A stretch of 64,000 nt of DNA from Vicugna vicugna. Lineage: Eukaryota. The translations under genes were made by a program, and so were the position numbers. The notes below the pieces were generated by a model. It ran no database searches, was not told the origin of the DNA, and saw only the letters and a program-made list of their open reading frames with translations. The stretch is from positions 434,001-498,000 of the forward strand of contig MU058636.1 in the NCBI GenBank assembly GCA_013265495.1, in the 5' to 3' direction. Below, in pieces: positions 39,517-52,475 of this stretch (position 1 is its first letter; every line of letters starts with the position of its first letter).

Positions 39517-41529
39517 GTTTTTTAATTTGTTAAAAAAGAGAAACCTTTCGCTTACATTGGAGTTCCCCCCTCTCCTCCCCCTCCCTCCGTCTCCCTCCCT
39601 CCCCTTCTCATAACCCCACACATCTTCTCAGACTCACTTTTGATGATTAGGCCTGCTAAGAGGGATCTGTACATCCATGCCTGAGTTTTGATTCAACAGA
39701 TAGAACTGTGATCCAGAGTGTCAGTTCTGTACCTTATAAACCTGGGACTTTGGTCTCCTTGAGGACACTTGAAGCCTGGGAAAGTTATGCGCACACTTCT
39801 TACGTGCCCAGGTGAAGTGCACCAGGGGACCTTCTCCTGTTCCCGTTCTTTCACCTCTGCGAGGTTACATGGTTCAGAAGTGTTCGGGTAGCAATTTACT
39901 TGGACACATTGGGCTGTCAGAGCTTCCTGTTCCTCCTTATTTCTAAGTTGTAAGAATATAGTTAAAGTGCCCATATTCCTATACATTTCCTTAACCTTCA
40001 AATATGAATATTAGAAGAAACCACAAACCACAACTCAGAAATGCCAGCGCCTTCTCTGCCACGTTAGCATATTTAGTCAGTTTCTCTTCCATCCCAGTCA
40101 ATGACAGGCGAAGGGATTTCTTTAGGATGACAGGTTGTCAGCACACTGACATAGATTGTTTCAGATGTATATTTTTAGTGGGAATGAATGATTTTTAAGT
40201 GAGCTTTCTGAGAAGTATAATCATAGGGAGAAGGATTGTTACTCCATGTGTCAAACTTACCGAGTTCCTCCCTCCCCTTTTTTTTGCCTAACGGTCAACC
40301 TAATCAGTAATTATTAACAAGTGTTTTACAAAAGAAAAAGGCAATTTGGAGTTTGCTGAAAAACATTCCCACATCTACTAGAATAGACCTGTGGATAAAT
40401 AGTTAAAGAAAATTTACTCAATCTTCTTGGCCCAAGATAGAGAAGAAAATTTTTTTAATAGTTTAGAATTTTTTCTGGTCCTTTATTAATATTTCATTAC
40501 TTAGATAATGTTTGGGGAAAGGAACTTATCAAAAGCTTGATGGATGGAGAGGGCATGTATTTGTGAAATTGAACTAAATCTGGAGTCGATGGGATAATAC
40601 GTCTGTAATGTATCTGTTTTAAGAACAGTGATCACTTCCTGAGATCCTGGATACTTTTTTAGGATCAGGGGCTCAATTGTGTGGTTATGACCCAGTTGCT
40701 ACCTGGAGGTTCCGGAAATTATTCAGCAGGCAGGTCGTATGCAGTTTTCTGCCAGGACCACTTGGGACCACCTCGTTTGAAATGGCCACTGTGCCACACA
40801 AGGACGTGGCCTGCCTTTGCTTGGTTCCATGTGAACTGGTAAGATGTTAAAGGAGAGAGCTTTCAGGACACGGCCCCAGGGAGGGAAAACACCATGAAAT
40901 GGATGAAGATGGTAAATTCTGTGTAGAGGAGAAAGCAGTTTTAATTTTTCTGGGGGAAATTATTCACAGCCACTAGGGACCTTGAGTCCTTCAACAACTG
41001 CCTACAAACAGCGTTGTTCCCCCTGCAGGGGCTTTAGTGGGGCTTTGTCACAGGAATTTGGAGACATCCTGTAGGAATGTGGGTCCAGCCCCATAGAACC
41101 GCGGCTCTGGGCCCCTGAGCTGCGCCCACGAGCTCTCAGGTCTCCATCGCCTGCCCACGTCATCTGGACCCCCTCCTGGCTGTCTGGGCGGAGACTTTAA
41201 CCATCACCTTGAAGAAAGGAGGCCCCGGGGCCTTATGACCTCACTGGTCACAGGAATGAGAGAGGCCTGGAGTGGTCATATAAAATGATGGTATATAGTA
41301 AATCCAAAAAGAATATGAAAACAAAACATACTTGCATGTGCAAGTGCCACTCACAGCTTCACTTCTGACCCCTAGACTGTCCCCCGTGACCAGGTTGTGC
41401 CCTTGGTCTCAGCCTGTCAAATCCTGCTTTTTAGGGTGAAGTATGATGTGAGTGGGAAATCTTTTGACACTGTATTTGCAGTTACTGCCCTGCAGTCTAT
41501 AAATCTGTGTCTAAAATCATGATTACTGG

Positions 41530-41750
41530 GCATTTTTAATGACCAAGAGAAAGCTTTAAGATAAATGATAATTTTTTAGACATATAAACTCAGCTATGCA
41601 AATATGTGTGCATATAAAACAAGGTCAGGAGGGCAGATAAGCCTACATTCACGTGCTCACATTTGAGTAAATGTGTGGATGACTTTTTATGTGTTTGACA
41701 GACATTTTTAAATGTTCAAAAACAGTATGTTGATTTTATATGCAGAAAAA
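41530..41750 (+). mobile_element. Very old L1ME4-type 3' end
   Basis: ggatgactttttat...ttttaaatgttcaaaaacagtatgttgattttatatgcagaaaaa. Confidence 0.4.
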
Positions 41751-44104
41751 TGTCATTTTAATTTACTCGGATGTGAATAGATGCTCTAATGCAGAGAGCT
41801 GGGAGAAAGACACCAGAAGTTAGAGCCGACAAGCAGCTTGAAAACAGAATCACCCAAAACCCCACAGAAACAAAAGTAGGCCATTGCAGCAAAAATTAGG
41901 GTGATGTGAGTAAAGTGTCACTTAGGGAATCTTATATTATTACAGTAGCTTTTGCTGTCAATAATACAGGTTTATTTACAAACAGTTTCCCCTGAAAGAT
42001 AAACACCATGAAATAGTTTTTCAAAATTTTTCAAAATGGCGCTCGCCTTGGCAGATGTTCATGAACTGTCTCTTCAAGAGTCTCGAGCGGACTCTAGGTG
42101 ATTTATGCCTTTGCATGGGTTGAGGTCGAAACACACCAAAATAAAATAACAGCAACTTGGCTCTGCTGCAGGGTAAACAGAACAGCTGTGTGGTGAGAGC
42201 TCTCTCGGTCACTGGCTTCACTGCACTTCCTGAGTGTGAGGACAGGGCCCTCCCACGTGCACGTCTGCACCCAGGGGCACCCCTGTTCCCACCGCGGTTG
42301 GCTCTGCTGTCTCCCCTTGAGTTCTTCTCTGTTCATTTGCTTCTTTTTGGTTTGAAAATGTGCTTGTGTATTTAAAAGTTTATACTTAGTGGTGATGGGT
42401 CACAATGAGTGGTGTGTTTACGAAAAGCTCTAATCCAAATAAGGCTCTGTGATAACTAATGGAAGGAACAGCTATTTGGTCTCCATCACGTGTATACGCA
42501 TAATTTGGGGGGTTTGATATATAGGTTGTCTTACTGTGGTTTTTATTCAGATTCTGTTTTCTGCTCGGTCCTTAGGTTTTGGGGGCCCACACTAGTGTGT
42601 CCGATGGCGTAACTGTTTAACAGCGTAGTTTCCAAGGGCCTGTTAGCTGTTTCGAGGCTCCTCATAATGGTGGATTTTTTTAAGTGCTAAAGTTCTATTG
42701 AACATTCCATGCCGAATTCCTTAAAAAGTAAAGCTCTTTATTTAATTAGAATCAAAAGAGGGAAACAGTGTGGAGTTCACGGCTGGATTCTGTTGCAGCA
42801 GGAGCGGGGCGTGTGCCCTGGGAACGCCTGCCTGGTTAGAGGCACTTGAGCCGTAGATGCTCACATGGTTTATGCAGGTTGGACTGATAACCAGTGACAA
42901 CAAATCCCTCTTTGTTTTCCACGGTTAGTTTTATTTCAAAAACTTTCTAACGTGAGTGTCATTTTCCCTGTTGGTTTTGTGGAGGCTGCCATGTGCCCAG
43001 CTCAGGGTTCTTCCCCCTTGAGAATCTCTGATCCACGTACATGACAAGTGGTCACCATGTGTCGTATCACGTGCCTCAGACCAGCGCCAAACCGCGTCTG
43101 TTCCATTTGTGCTGCCCACAGTGGTGGTCGTTCCGCTGTGAAGACACTGACCATAAAATGTCTTGTGACTCACGTAACTCTGCAGCCCCCTCGGGGAGGC
43201 AGCTCTTATTTATGGAAATGTCGTCTGGTTCACTGAGAATTTCCTCAGTTTTCTGGGTGTGTTTGGGCACGAGGGACAGGGGGCAGGTGTCTGCACTTGG
43301 TGACTCGGTGCACAGGACCATCAAGGAGCCATGCACTTTGACGGAGCTCTTTGTCCACCAGGCCTGCTGAAGCTCGTTTCTCTTTTTTATAGATGGCGTT
43401 TAAAAATAATAATAATTGAGTGTCCAATCCTCAATGGGGAAAGACTTTCAATTTTGAATGCTTAGTAAGAAAATGATATCAAGTCGCTGCACATCAGAAC
43501 AGTGCCTGAACGGAAGGGGATACAGTGAATGCTGGTCTTTAGAAGGAGGAGGCTGATCTGTTCACTTCACTACCTGTTGTGGCAGGTAGATGGCATTGAC
43601 AGATGAGCTCCTGCCAGAGTCTAAATTCATAGGCGCACTCCCGTCCTACGTGGAGTCGTCCTGGCAGATGGTGGGATTGGGCATGGTGGAGCGTCATCAT
43701 TTGAAAATAATTTTAAACAGGTCTCTCTCGCTGGAGGGCAGATGCAGACTGGAGGGAGGCAGAGGCGGGAGTCCAGGTGAGACCTGTTCCCACCCACAGC
43801 CGTGTGCCCTGAGCAAGGAGCTTCCCCGTAGGTATTTTCAAGGACTCCTTGCCCAGCAGCTCTCATGTTCGAGGACCTCAGCTGCTGGTCCGATGGCAGA
43901 TGAAGCCATTTCAGGGCACAGCAGCATTGTCACCGCAAAGGACCACTCTGCCCCTTTGACCTTGGAGAGCAGAGTGGTGACTCTTCATGAAAACAGAATT
44001 TGGACATTCCCAGGAGAGCCTCCCGACCTTCAGGGAAATGCAACACATTTTCTGAAGGACTTTGAAAAGGTGCACTATTTTCCAATGACACAGTATGTTC
44101 TATG

Positions 44105-44325
44105 ATAATTGTAGTCGCAGTAGCGACTGGTCTGGTGAGCGTCTTTCTGTGTCCTCCACGGTCGTAAGTGCTTTACACATAGTAACTTATTTAATACCCC
44201 TCCCCCCCATTAGATGGTCACCAGTGGGATCCCCATTTATGTGGGGAAACCAAGGTGCAGACAGGTTATAAGTCATGTGTTCATAGTCAGACAGTGGCCG
44301 AGCCGACGTTTTACATCAGACGCGT
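44105..44325 (-). mobile_element. MIR SINE
   Basis: taagtgctttacacatagtaacttatttaat...ccccatttatgtggggaaaccaaggtgcagacaggtta. Confidence 0.75.
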
Positions 44326-46018
44326 TGGTTGTAGGACATCCTGTGCACCTGGACCAGGTCTCTCTGAGGACCGTGGGGCTGAGGTCCGGGCCTCTGCGCC
44401 GATCTGGGTGAGGAGAGTGAACACAGTTAAACACAGGAACCCGATCATAAAAATCTCAAACTGGGTAACAGTTCAGTCTGAAGAAGTTGAGCAAAAGAGT
44501 AACACCTGAAATTATGATGTGATATCTTGAATCCAGTCCACATGTCTGATATAACCCTTCGCCCAGTGATTTTCAGAAATCTCACATATGATTTCAGGTG
44601 TGGCTACTCATTTTGACTTGGAGGAGTTGTAGGGCAGGTTCCTGAACACCTGGAGGCACTATATGGATTTTTTTTCCTAAAAAAGCTGTCCCTTGGGAGG
44701 AGACAGCTGAACTAAGAAACTGAGCTCTCACGAAGGGTGTGTGTGTCGAGGCTGAGAAGCAGGACTCCAGTCGTTACAGTCGTACTGAGCACTTCACCTC
44801 CAGTCCCTGCTTCAGCCCCCGCCCCCGCCATCTCCACCCACGCTTGGAAAACTTAACCTTTGTGAAATTCTCAGTAAGCAGCAGTGAGAAGAACCACAGG
44901 GAGTTACTAGGATATGCTGAAGCAGCCGAAAGGGGCTCGTGATTCTGCGATCCCCCTTACAGGCTGTCAGTCGCCGCCTCTGTGTTGGTCCTGGGCGGAA
45001 GCAGCAGAAAGCATCTTCCCGGGGCAGGAAGGACTGCGGTCCTGACCCGCAGCTGCAGAAGTGCTTGTCCATGCAGCTGCAGGACCCGAAGCCTGAGCCC
45101 TAATCTGGCTTGGTTTTCCAGGTCTGCCTTTAGGAACACACTGCAGTATTGTCAGAGTTGCCTGTGAAAGAGAATTAAAATGTGCTGGGGGGTCCCCCCT
45201 GCCCCCACACTCCCTCATCCTCCAGGCTCACGTGGAACCTGTGCTCCCGTCCTGGGACGGCTGTGGAGCCCAGGGCATCTCTCTCTAAGGTGCCCTCCAA
45301 GCCTGGTAGGCTGTCCAGACATGCTCACCTGGAGTGGGCTAGCGTTCTGACCCGAATAAAACTCCCCTTGTTTCTCAGCTTCAAGCCAAATTCTCTAAGG
45401 CTAGAGGAATTGCTACATCACTCCAACTCAGCAGCCAAACACATCAGTCCTTTGGAAGCTTGTCTGTGTGAACTTTAACCAGAGCTGCTCTTAAAATCCA
45501 CCTCCCACAGCCCTGTCTGTGGGTGGCACTCCCCTGAGGACAGCAAGGAGTTTCAGGATGCTCAGAGAGGAACAGTTTCTCAGTCTGCTGCCTTCCCCTT
45601 CCCAGAGGACTTGGACTTGCTGTTGGGAGAGTTTCAAATATGCTTTGAAACTTGAAGATAATGAAGTGGTTGGATGTGAACGAACGTTCCTTGACTATTT
45701 AAATATTAAAAATGTGATCTCTGTGGTAGCTTCCATTAGCTAGAGGTTTATCATCTGGATAATAGGGGTAAAAAATGTTTGCCTTGAGTTAGAGACACCT
45801 CCCATTACTGGTAAAAATTGGCATATGTCCTTTTAGAGCTTTACAGATTCACACGGTAAACAATTGCAGTGAAACAAGAGATGAGGTTCAGTCAATGAGG
45901 CACAGTTTCTCCAGGATGACTTCCCGGAGACCTTGCAGGCCAGCAGCTCCGTTCTCTTTCTTGTTCCCCTGGGAGTAGGCGAGACAGGGTGACGAATGCC
46001 ATGTCAGTGCCTGCCAAC

Positions 46019-46462
46019 TTTTTTTTAAACTATTTTTAAAAATTGAAGTAGAGTTGATTTACAGTGTTTTGGTAGTTTCTGGTGTACAGCATAGTGATTC
46101 AGCTACACATGTATATATTCTTTTTTCATATTTTTCATTATAGGTTATGACAAGATATTGAGTATAGTTCCTTGTGCTGTACAGTAGGACCTTGTTGCTT
46201 ACCTGTTTTATATAGTAGTGTGTATCTGCTAGTCCCAAATTCCTAATTTATCCCTCCCCACTACCTTTCCCCTGTGGTGACCATAAGTTTGTCTTCTATG
46301 TCTGTGAGTCTGTTTCTGTTTCGTAAATAAGTTCATTTGTGTCATTTTTTTTAAGATTTCACATATGAGTGACATATCATATTTGTCTTTCTCTGTCTGA
46401 CTTACTTAGTATGATAATCTCCAGGTCCACTCATGTTGCTGCAAAGGCATTATTATTTTTTT
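46019..46462 (-). mobile_element. L1 3' UTR (older subtype)
   Basis: ttgaagtagagttgatttacagtg...gtacagcatagtgattcag. Confidence 0.92.
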
Positions 46463-47293
46463 GACTCTTTTTCATTGAAGTGTAGTTGGTTTACAAGGTT
46501 GTGTCAGTTTCTGGTGTACAGCATCGTGCTTCGGTCCTACATGTACACACGTCTCCTTTTCACTTACTTTTTCATTATAGGTCACTACAAGATGTTGAAT
46601 ATAGTTCCCTGTGCTCTACAGTAGGGCCTTGTTGTTTATCTGTTGTATATATACTAGTTAATATTTACAAATCTCAAATTCCCAATTTATCCCTTCCCAC
46701 CCCCTTACCCCCTGGTAACCACAAGATTATTTACTGTGTCTGTGAGTCTGTTTCTGTTTTGTAGATAATCAGTGCCCTCTTTTCTTCTTTTTTTAGATTC
46801 CACATGTAAGTGATACCATATGATATTTTTCTTTCTCTTTCTGGCTTACTTCACTTAGAATGACCATCTCTAGGTGCATCCATGTTGCTGCAAATGGCAT
46901 TATTTCATCATTTTTTATAGATGAGTAGTATTCCATTGTATAAATATACCACAACTTCTTTATCCAGTCATCTGTCGATGGACATTTAGGTTGTTTCCAT
47001 GTCTTGGCTGTTGTATATAGTGCTGCTGTGAACATTGGGGTGCATGTACCTTTTCGAATTGGAATTTTCTTTGGACATATGCCCAGAAATAGAATTGCCT
47101 GGTGATATGGTAAGTCTAGTTTTAGTTTTTTTTTTTTTAAGGAATCTCCGTACTGTTTTCCATAATGGTTGCACCAAATTATATTCCCACCAGCAGTGTA
47201 GGAGGGTTCCCTTTTCTCCACACCCTCTCCAGCATTTACTGTTTGTGGACTTTGAATGATGGCCAATCTGACTGACTAGTTCTGATTTTATTT
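46463..47293 (-). mobile_element. Second L1 3' end (ORF2 C-terminus + 3' UTR), head-to-tail with the previous copy
   Basis: [41 protein letters not shown]. Confidence 0.95.
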
Positions 47294-48125
47294 GTAAAAC
47301 AGAGGACTTAGACACTAGATGTTAACTTAGCAGCAGATAAATCTGAAAATCAGCTTCTTTTTAGTTTCATTATAAAAAGAAACCTCCAGCCTTCCACATG
47401 GAAATTTTGTCTCCTCCAGTTTGAGAAAGAAAAATGAAGTCCTGCCCCCTTTTCGTCCCACGTGTCCCTTTCAGCGGTCGTCGCTTTACCAGTAGTGTGA
47501 GCTGCTAGAACCGTACAGCACAGACTGTACGAGGTGGTGAGATCCGCGTGCAGGAAGTCAGGGGGCTCTGTTGTTTTAGTGAGAACTGATTTGTTTGCTT
47601 TGGAAAGACTCAAAGGTGAGGTGTTCTTTAAAAGCTGATTAGATATGAGTAAGACAACTGAAAAACTGGTGGGTTAAAACAAAATTCATGCAGGATTTAC
47701 AGTCAGATTGCCTTGCAGATTCTCTCTTTGCTTTAAAAAAAAAAAGCGAAAATAGGCATTTTGTAACTGACTAGTATTGATATGTTGTGGTGTCTCCGTG
47801 TGATGGCGAAAGGGGAGCTTCGACCAGGAGAGCAGTTCTTACCTGTAGACTCGCGTTTCGGGAAACCAGTTTACATTTCTATATTCTAAGCTAAATAAAA
47901 TAGTTGTGTATCAGATCTGACTCATTTTTGAAGTAACTGACTTACTGCAGGTCTCAACTAGATCTCATACAATCCTATGATGGGATTGTAGCAGGTTGCT
48001 AAAATGAATTTAATAATATAATTGAGACTAAATATCAAAATTAAAATTCAGTATTCGGGTAACAGTTAAATTTATAACAGTAATTTAATAGAGGTTTCTG
48101 GTGTCAATTTAAGGGGTACCCCATT

Positions 48126-48165
48126 TATATATATTATATATATATATATATTTATATATGTATAT
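48126..48165. repeat. Imperfect (TA)n microsatellite
   Basis: Read directly. Confidence 0.85.
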
Positions 48166-50559
48166 TCTTAAATTGTACATTTGTAAAGACCTGGCTTGGG
48201 CATAAATTTTATTTATCTACAGTCATCTGAGAAGTATCACTCAGGTTGTATATACTGCCTTGCTCTCATGCTTTTGTCTAAATCAGCATCTGAACCCACA
48301 TGCCGCTTGCTCCTTCCCCATATTTTAGTGTTGAAATCCTGCACATCCTTTGAAAACCAAGCCCGACGTCACCTTGCCTGCTTCCCTGGGTTCTCCATGG
48401 GAAACTGTGGTGGCATCATGAAGCTTGTTTGTTGCTGGTGCGTTGGACTCTGACCTGCTGTTTGCCTTAGTGAGAGTTGGGCCCGGTCCTCTCATGTTCG
48501 AAATCACATTTCAGACGATGTATCTGAGAGAGTACTGCGTTTCGCTGTATGACTGCGTGAGGCACCAGATCTCCAGTTTCTCTGAGGGGCTGTCTTTAGC
48601 ACTTTGCCCGAAGCCATTTGAGAGAGCACACCCTGAGCTACGGTGGAGCACACTGAGAACTTAGGTGTCAGGAGAGACAGCAAATAATGTCCAGGGCAAG
48701 TGCAAACACAGATCCATTTTCTGAGAAAAAAGCACATTAATAATATTCTGCTGGTGAAGTGGCAGCCTGCACATATGGTGCGCCAAGTACTTTGGCAAAA
48801 CATTTTGCTTAAACTTCAAGAGCCTTTCAGTTTTTGCCAGGGTATTTTAAAATGCTAGTATTAATTTATCATCATTTTCTGGGCTGGGGGGTGTGAGGGG
48901 CAGTCGCTTTAATGATAGTAACATAGAGAGGCTCTTGGCTGGGAAGGAGTGTTAGGAAATACTGCAGTTTGTGTTAAAAGTGTACAGGTAGAAGCGAGTG
49001 AAAAGCTGGAAAATTCAGAAGCCTGCAGGGACAGGGAAGCTGATTTTAACTCTGAAATGTAATCCTGTGTGTTTTGGCATTTAATTTTCTACAGTATTAG
49101 CCAGTTTTATGTGTTGGGTTTTGTGCGTTGTGTTGGTCACAATCTCCCAGTTAAACAGGGGGAAGCAGTCGTGCCTGCATTTGCAGAGCTGGCAGGTGTG
49201 ACTAGTTTCTCCTTTATTATTGGGCCCCAAAAGCTGTCAAGAGCTTTCCGTAAACACGTTCTAAATCTGAAAGTATCTTTAAAAGTGAACCCCCCCCTTT
49301 TTTTTAAAAGACAGGCTTTCCACTGGGCTGGTGTTTTTGCTGAACTACTGAGGGGCTCCCCAGGGAGAGATACCCTGAGCCTGGTGTGGCCCAGCTGCCC
49401 TGCGGGCACAGTCTGGATTTGGTGGCCCTGCAAAGACTTTATTACTAAGTGTGTAAAAAAGTGAATTCTGTGAACTTAAGATCACAGCCCAAGGGGACTT
49501 CGAGCATGAAGAAACGGCAGAAGCTAGCTGAGGTCTAAGAGGCTTGTTTAGGAAAAAAAAAAAATGAGGTGTTGGACAGTTAGAGCCACCAGGTTTTTAG
49601 CATCAATTAATAGTTCTGAGTCACTCAGGTCTTAAGTCCAGAAAGTAACTATTTCCAGCTCACTGTCGTTAAACATGCCGTTGCCAGCTTCTGTTGTCTT
49701 GATTGTTAATTTTCAGTCTGTATGTTTTGGGTGCTTGGCTGAGGATTTTGTTCAAACATCTCTGGTTTGCGTTCTCATTTCCTGCAAATTCTGACTCTGC
49801 TTCAGAGGTGGATGCTTGGAATTGGCTCACTTTTTCCTATTTACACTTGTTGAAGAGCGGTGATGTCATGTGTCTTTTATTTGATCGTGAAAATCTGTAA
49901 TTCGTGTAATTTATTCAGAAGCAAAGGTGGCTTTTTAAATTTCCACATGCTTAGAATCGAAAGCTTTGCGTGGTCTCTCCACATAGATCATACGTAAAAG
50001 CATACAGGCATCTTAGAGATTAAGTGCAATGCGTGCATTTAATTTTGAAACTGGGGAAATATTTGTTACTGTCTTGATGAAGGCTACAGCTATTACAACA
50101 TTAAGTTCTCATTGAGCTGAAGGCATCTATCAATGCTAAATGATCGCTGCTGTAGCTCGCTGTATTTTTTCTGGGCTGTTTAATTCACCATAGGTAAATC
50201 TCAATACTTACAAGAATGTGACGAAAAATTGCAAACACTGTAACCTCAAAATCAGTGACAGTGCACACTTCCTGCAGTGTGGCATTTGCTACTTCGGAGA
50301 GCAGATCACAGAATCAAGCTCCTGGGGACGCAAGGGGAGGTTGTCACTCATTTGAAGACTGAGTCTTTCAGATCCTGTAGAGAGCTTGTCCTGCAAACAC
50401 GTGGATCTCGTAATTTACAGTGGAATAGGACAACAAAGAAGAGTGAAGACGGGGGAAACCAAAGACACCGCAAAGAGAATGAACGAAGAGGAAGTGAGAG
50501 GAGGAGGAAGGAAATCTTGAACTCTAGATATTAAGCCTTCAGACAGGGACACCTAGAGA

Positions 50560-50713
50560 GAAAAATATTAATTGATGTTAAAATTGCAGTGATGGGCTGG
50601 AAATTGGGAAGGAATGGCTAGGTGGGACTCGGGATTTTTAGGGTAGTGAAGGATTTCTGGGTGATACTGGGTGGTGGACACATGAAGTCTTGCGTTTGTC
50701 AAAACCCATAGAA
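50560..50713 (+). mobile_element. Old L1MC/MD 3' UTR fragment
   Basis: ggattttagggtagtgaa...tgatactgggtggtggacacatga...tttgtcaaaacccatagaact. Confidence 0.65.
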
Positions 50714-51270
50714 CTTTTTAATTCAGATCCGTTGCCCAGTTTTGCTTTGCCAGTTGCGTTGGCTTTTTCTTATCGAGTGGTAAGGGGTCCTTCTGTGCTG
50801 TGAACACACACCCCTTCCTAGGCATGTGATTTGTACCTGTTTTCTCTCGTTCTGCGAGTTGTCTTCTCACTTTCCTGACGGTCGCCCTTGAAGCATAGAA
50901 CTGTCCAATTTTCAGAGTCCAATTTATCTTTTTCTTTGTGTCCTTTGTTTGTGGTGTCATATCTCAGAAACTAGTACCTACCCCAGGGTCAGAAAAATGT
51001 GCTCCTGGATTTTTTCCTAGGTGTTCTGTAGATTTTGCTCTTAAAGTGAGGATTATCATCCATTTGGAGTTCATCTCTGTACATAGCACAAGGCAGGTGT
51101 CCAGCTCCGTGCTTTTGCGTGTGGATATCCACAGGGACCTGCACTCTCTCTTGAGAAGACTGCTCTCTCCCTCACTGGAATGTCTCGGGACCCCGCTGAA
51201 AATCAGTTGACCACAAACGAGCGGGCTCATGTCTGCATTCTCAGTTCTGTTCTATTGGTCTCTATGTCTA
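50714..51270 (-). mobile_element. Old L1M ORF2 fragment
   Basis: MTPQTKDTKKKINW and TEMNSKWMIILTLRAKS are decayed ORF2 C-terminal motifs. Confidence 0.8.
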
Positions 51271-52299
51271 ACCTCAGAATTCCTTGAGTAAAAACAGTGA
51301 GACAGTTAGCTTAGTCACATCACTCATTCCACGTGGAAACCAGAGGCTGGGAAACCTGCTGTAACCCTGAGTGGGGGTGCTCTGCCACGTTTCCTTTGAG
51401 CGAGACTTGGACTGTCCAGTCCTTTGCAGTTGTTATTCTTACCTTTTTTTTTTTTGAACTCGCTCTGCTCACAGCAGTCACTTTTTTTCCTGCACACTCA
51501 GAAGAGGGAACACACAAAGCTGTGGGTCACCTCAGATCACACTGCACACACACTTAGTGCACGCGCACGCACGCACAGGGAGGGCAAAGGGCTGCAGTTT
51601 CCTTTTACTCTTTCGTATGTTGCTGTTCCCGGATTCACCGAGTGCAGCACAGGGGCTCTGTCCCAGCTGTGCCCTGAAGTCTGGCCCTCAACACACTTTT
51701 AGAAACATTTTCATGAGACCGCTGAATCACAAGTTACCTTGATTTAAGGGCAAGAAATAAGAGCATTCTGAACAAAACAGAAACCTTTTCTGAACCCAAG
51801 TTCAGACTGGTTTCTTTTTTTACACCTGAAATACCTACTTAAAGCATAGTTCTGCTCGAATGTGTTCTGAACATCCTTCAGAAACCCAGACTTCACTACC
51901 TGTGACCTAACTTTCTGAAGCCCCTGTGACCTTATAAACAAAGAGGTCTCTCTAGGGCCAAACTGGGAATCCATATTTTTCAGAGCTGAGAGATTTTTTC
52001 CAAAAAGTGGAAAGAGCTCTCAGGCATCCACGTCCCAGGAGGAAGGACCGTGCCGTGTCTCAGAGCTAGACACGGAGTGCACGTGTCACGCCGTGAAGGG
52101 TGTCGTCCCCGTGAATGCGCACAGGCTGCAGCTTCAGGGAGCAGGCGTGGGCAGGGACTCGGCTTGTGGGTGGAATGTTCGCTTAGAATGAGTGGACGGT
52201 GACACATTGCTCTTTGAAGTTAAAATCTGCATCGTTTTGTCCTCTCAAACTTAACACGTCCAGGACAGCTGTTGAGTCTTTCTTCTCAGAACCCACCCT

Positions 52300-52475
52300 G
52301 TTAGAGGTCATTGCAGGATACTGAACATGATTCCCTGTGCTGTACAGAAAAAACTGTTTTTAAAATCTGTTTTTATATATAGTGGCTAACATTCGTACGT
52401 CAATAAAAAAAAACTCCCCCACACAAAAATAAATGCAAATTGAAGAATCCCAGAAAAGAACAAAAAAAGAAAAAA
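52300..52475. mobile_element. Very short L1 3' insertion with an inverted 5' part and an A-rich tail
   Basis: 52300-52393 is antisense L1 3' UTR (ttccctgtgctgtacagaaa); it is followed by a sense terminus tacgtcaataaaaaaaaa. Confidence 0.6.

Noticed and set aside
45636..45650. FKYAL, resembling LKYAL of the upstream ATP8A2 exon
   Set aside because: Wrong order in the gene and no flanking similarity.
49760..49774. Peptide LWFAF, matching the start of the expected next ATP8A2 exon
   Set aside because: No AG acceptor upstream (preceded by AAACAT), and it continues SFPAN rather than VNGFSG; chance match.
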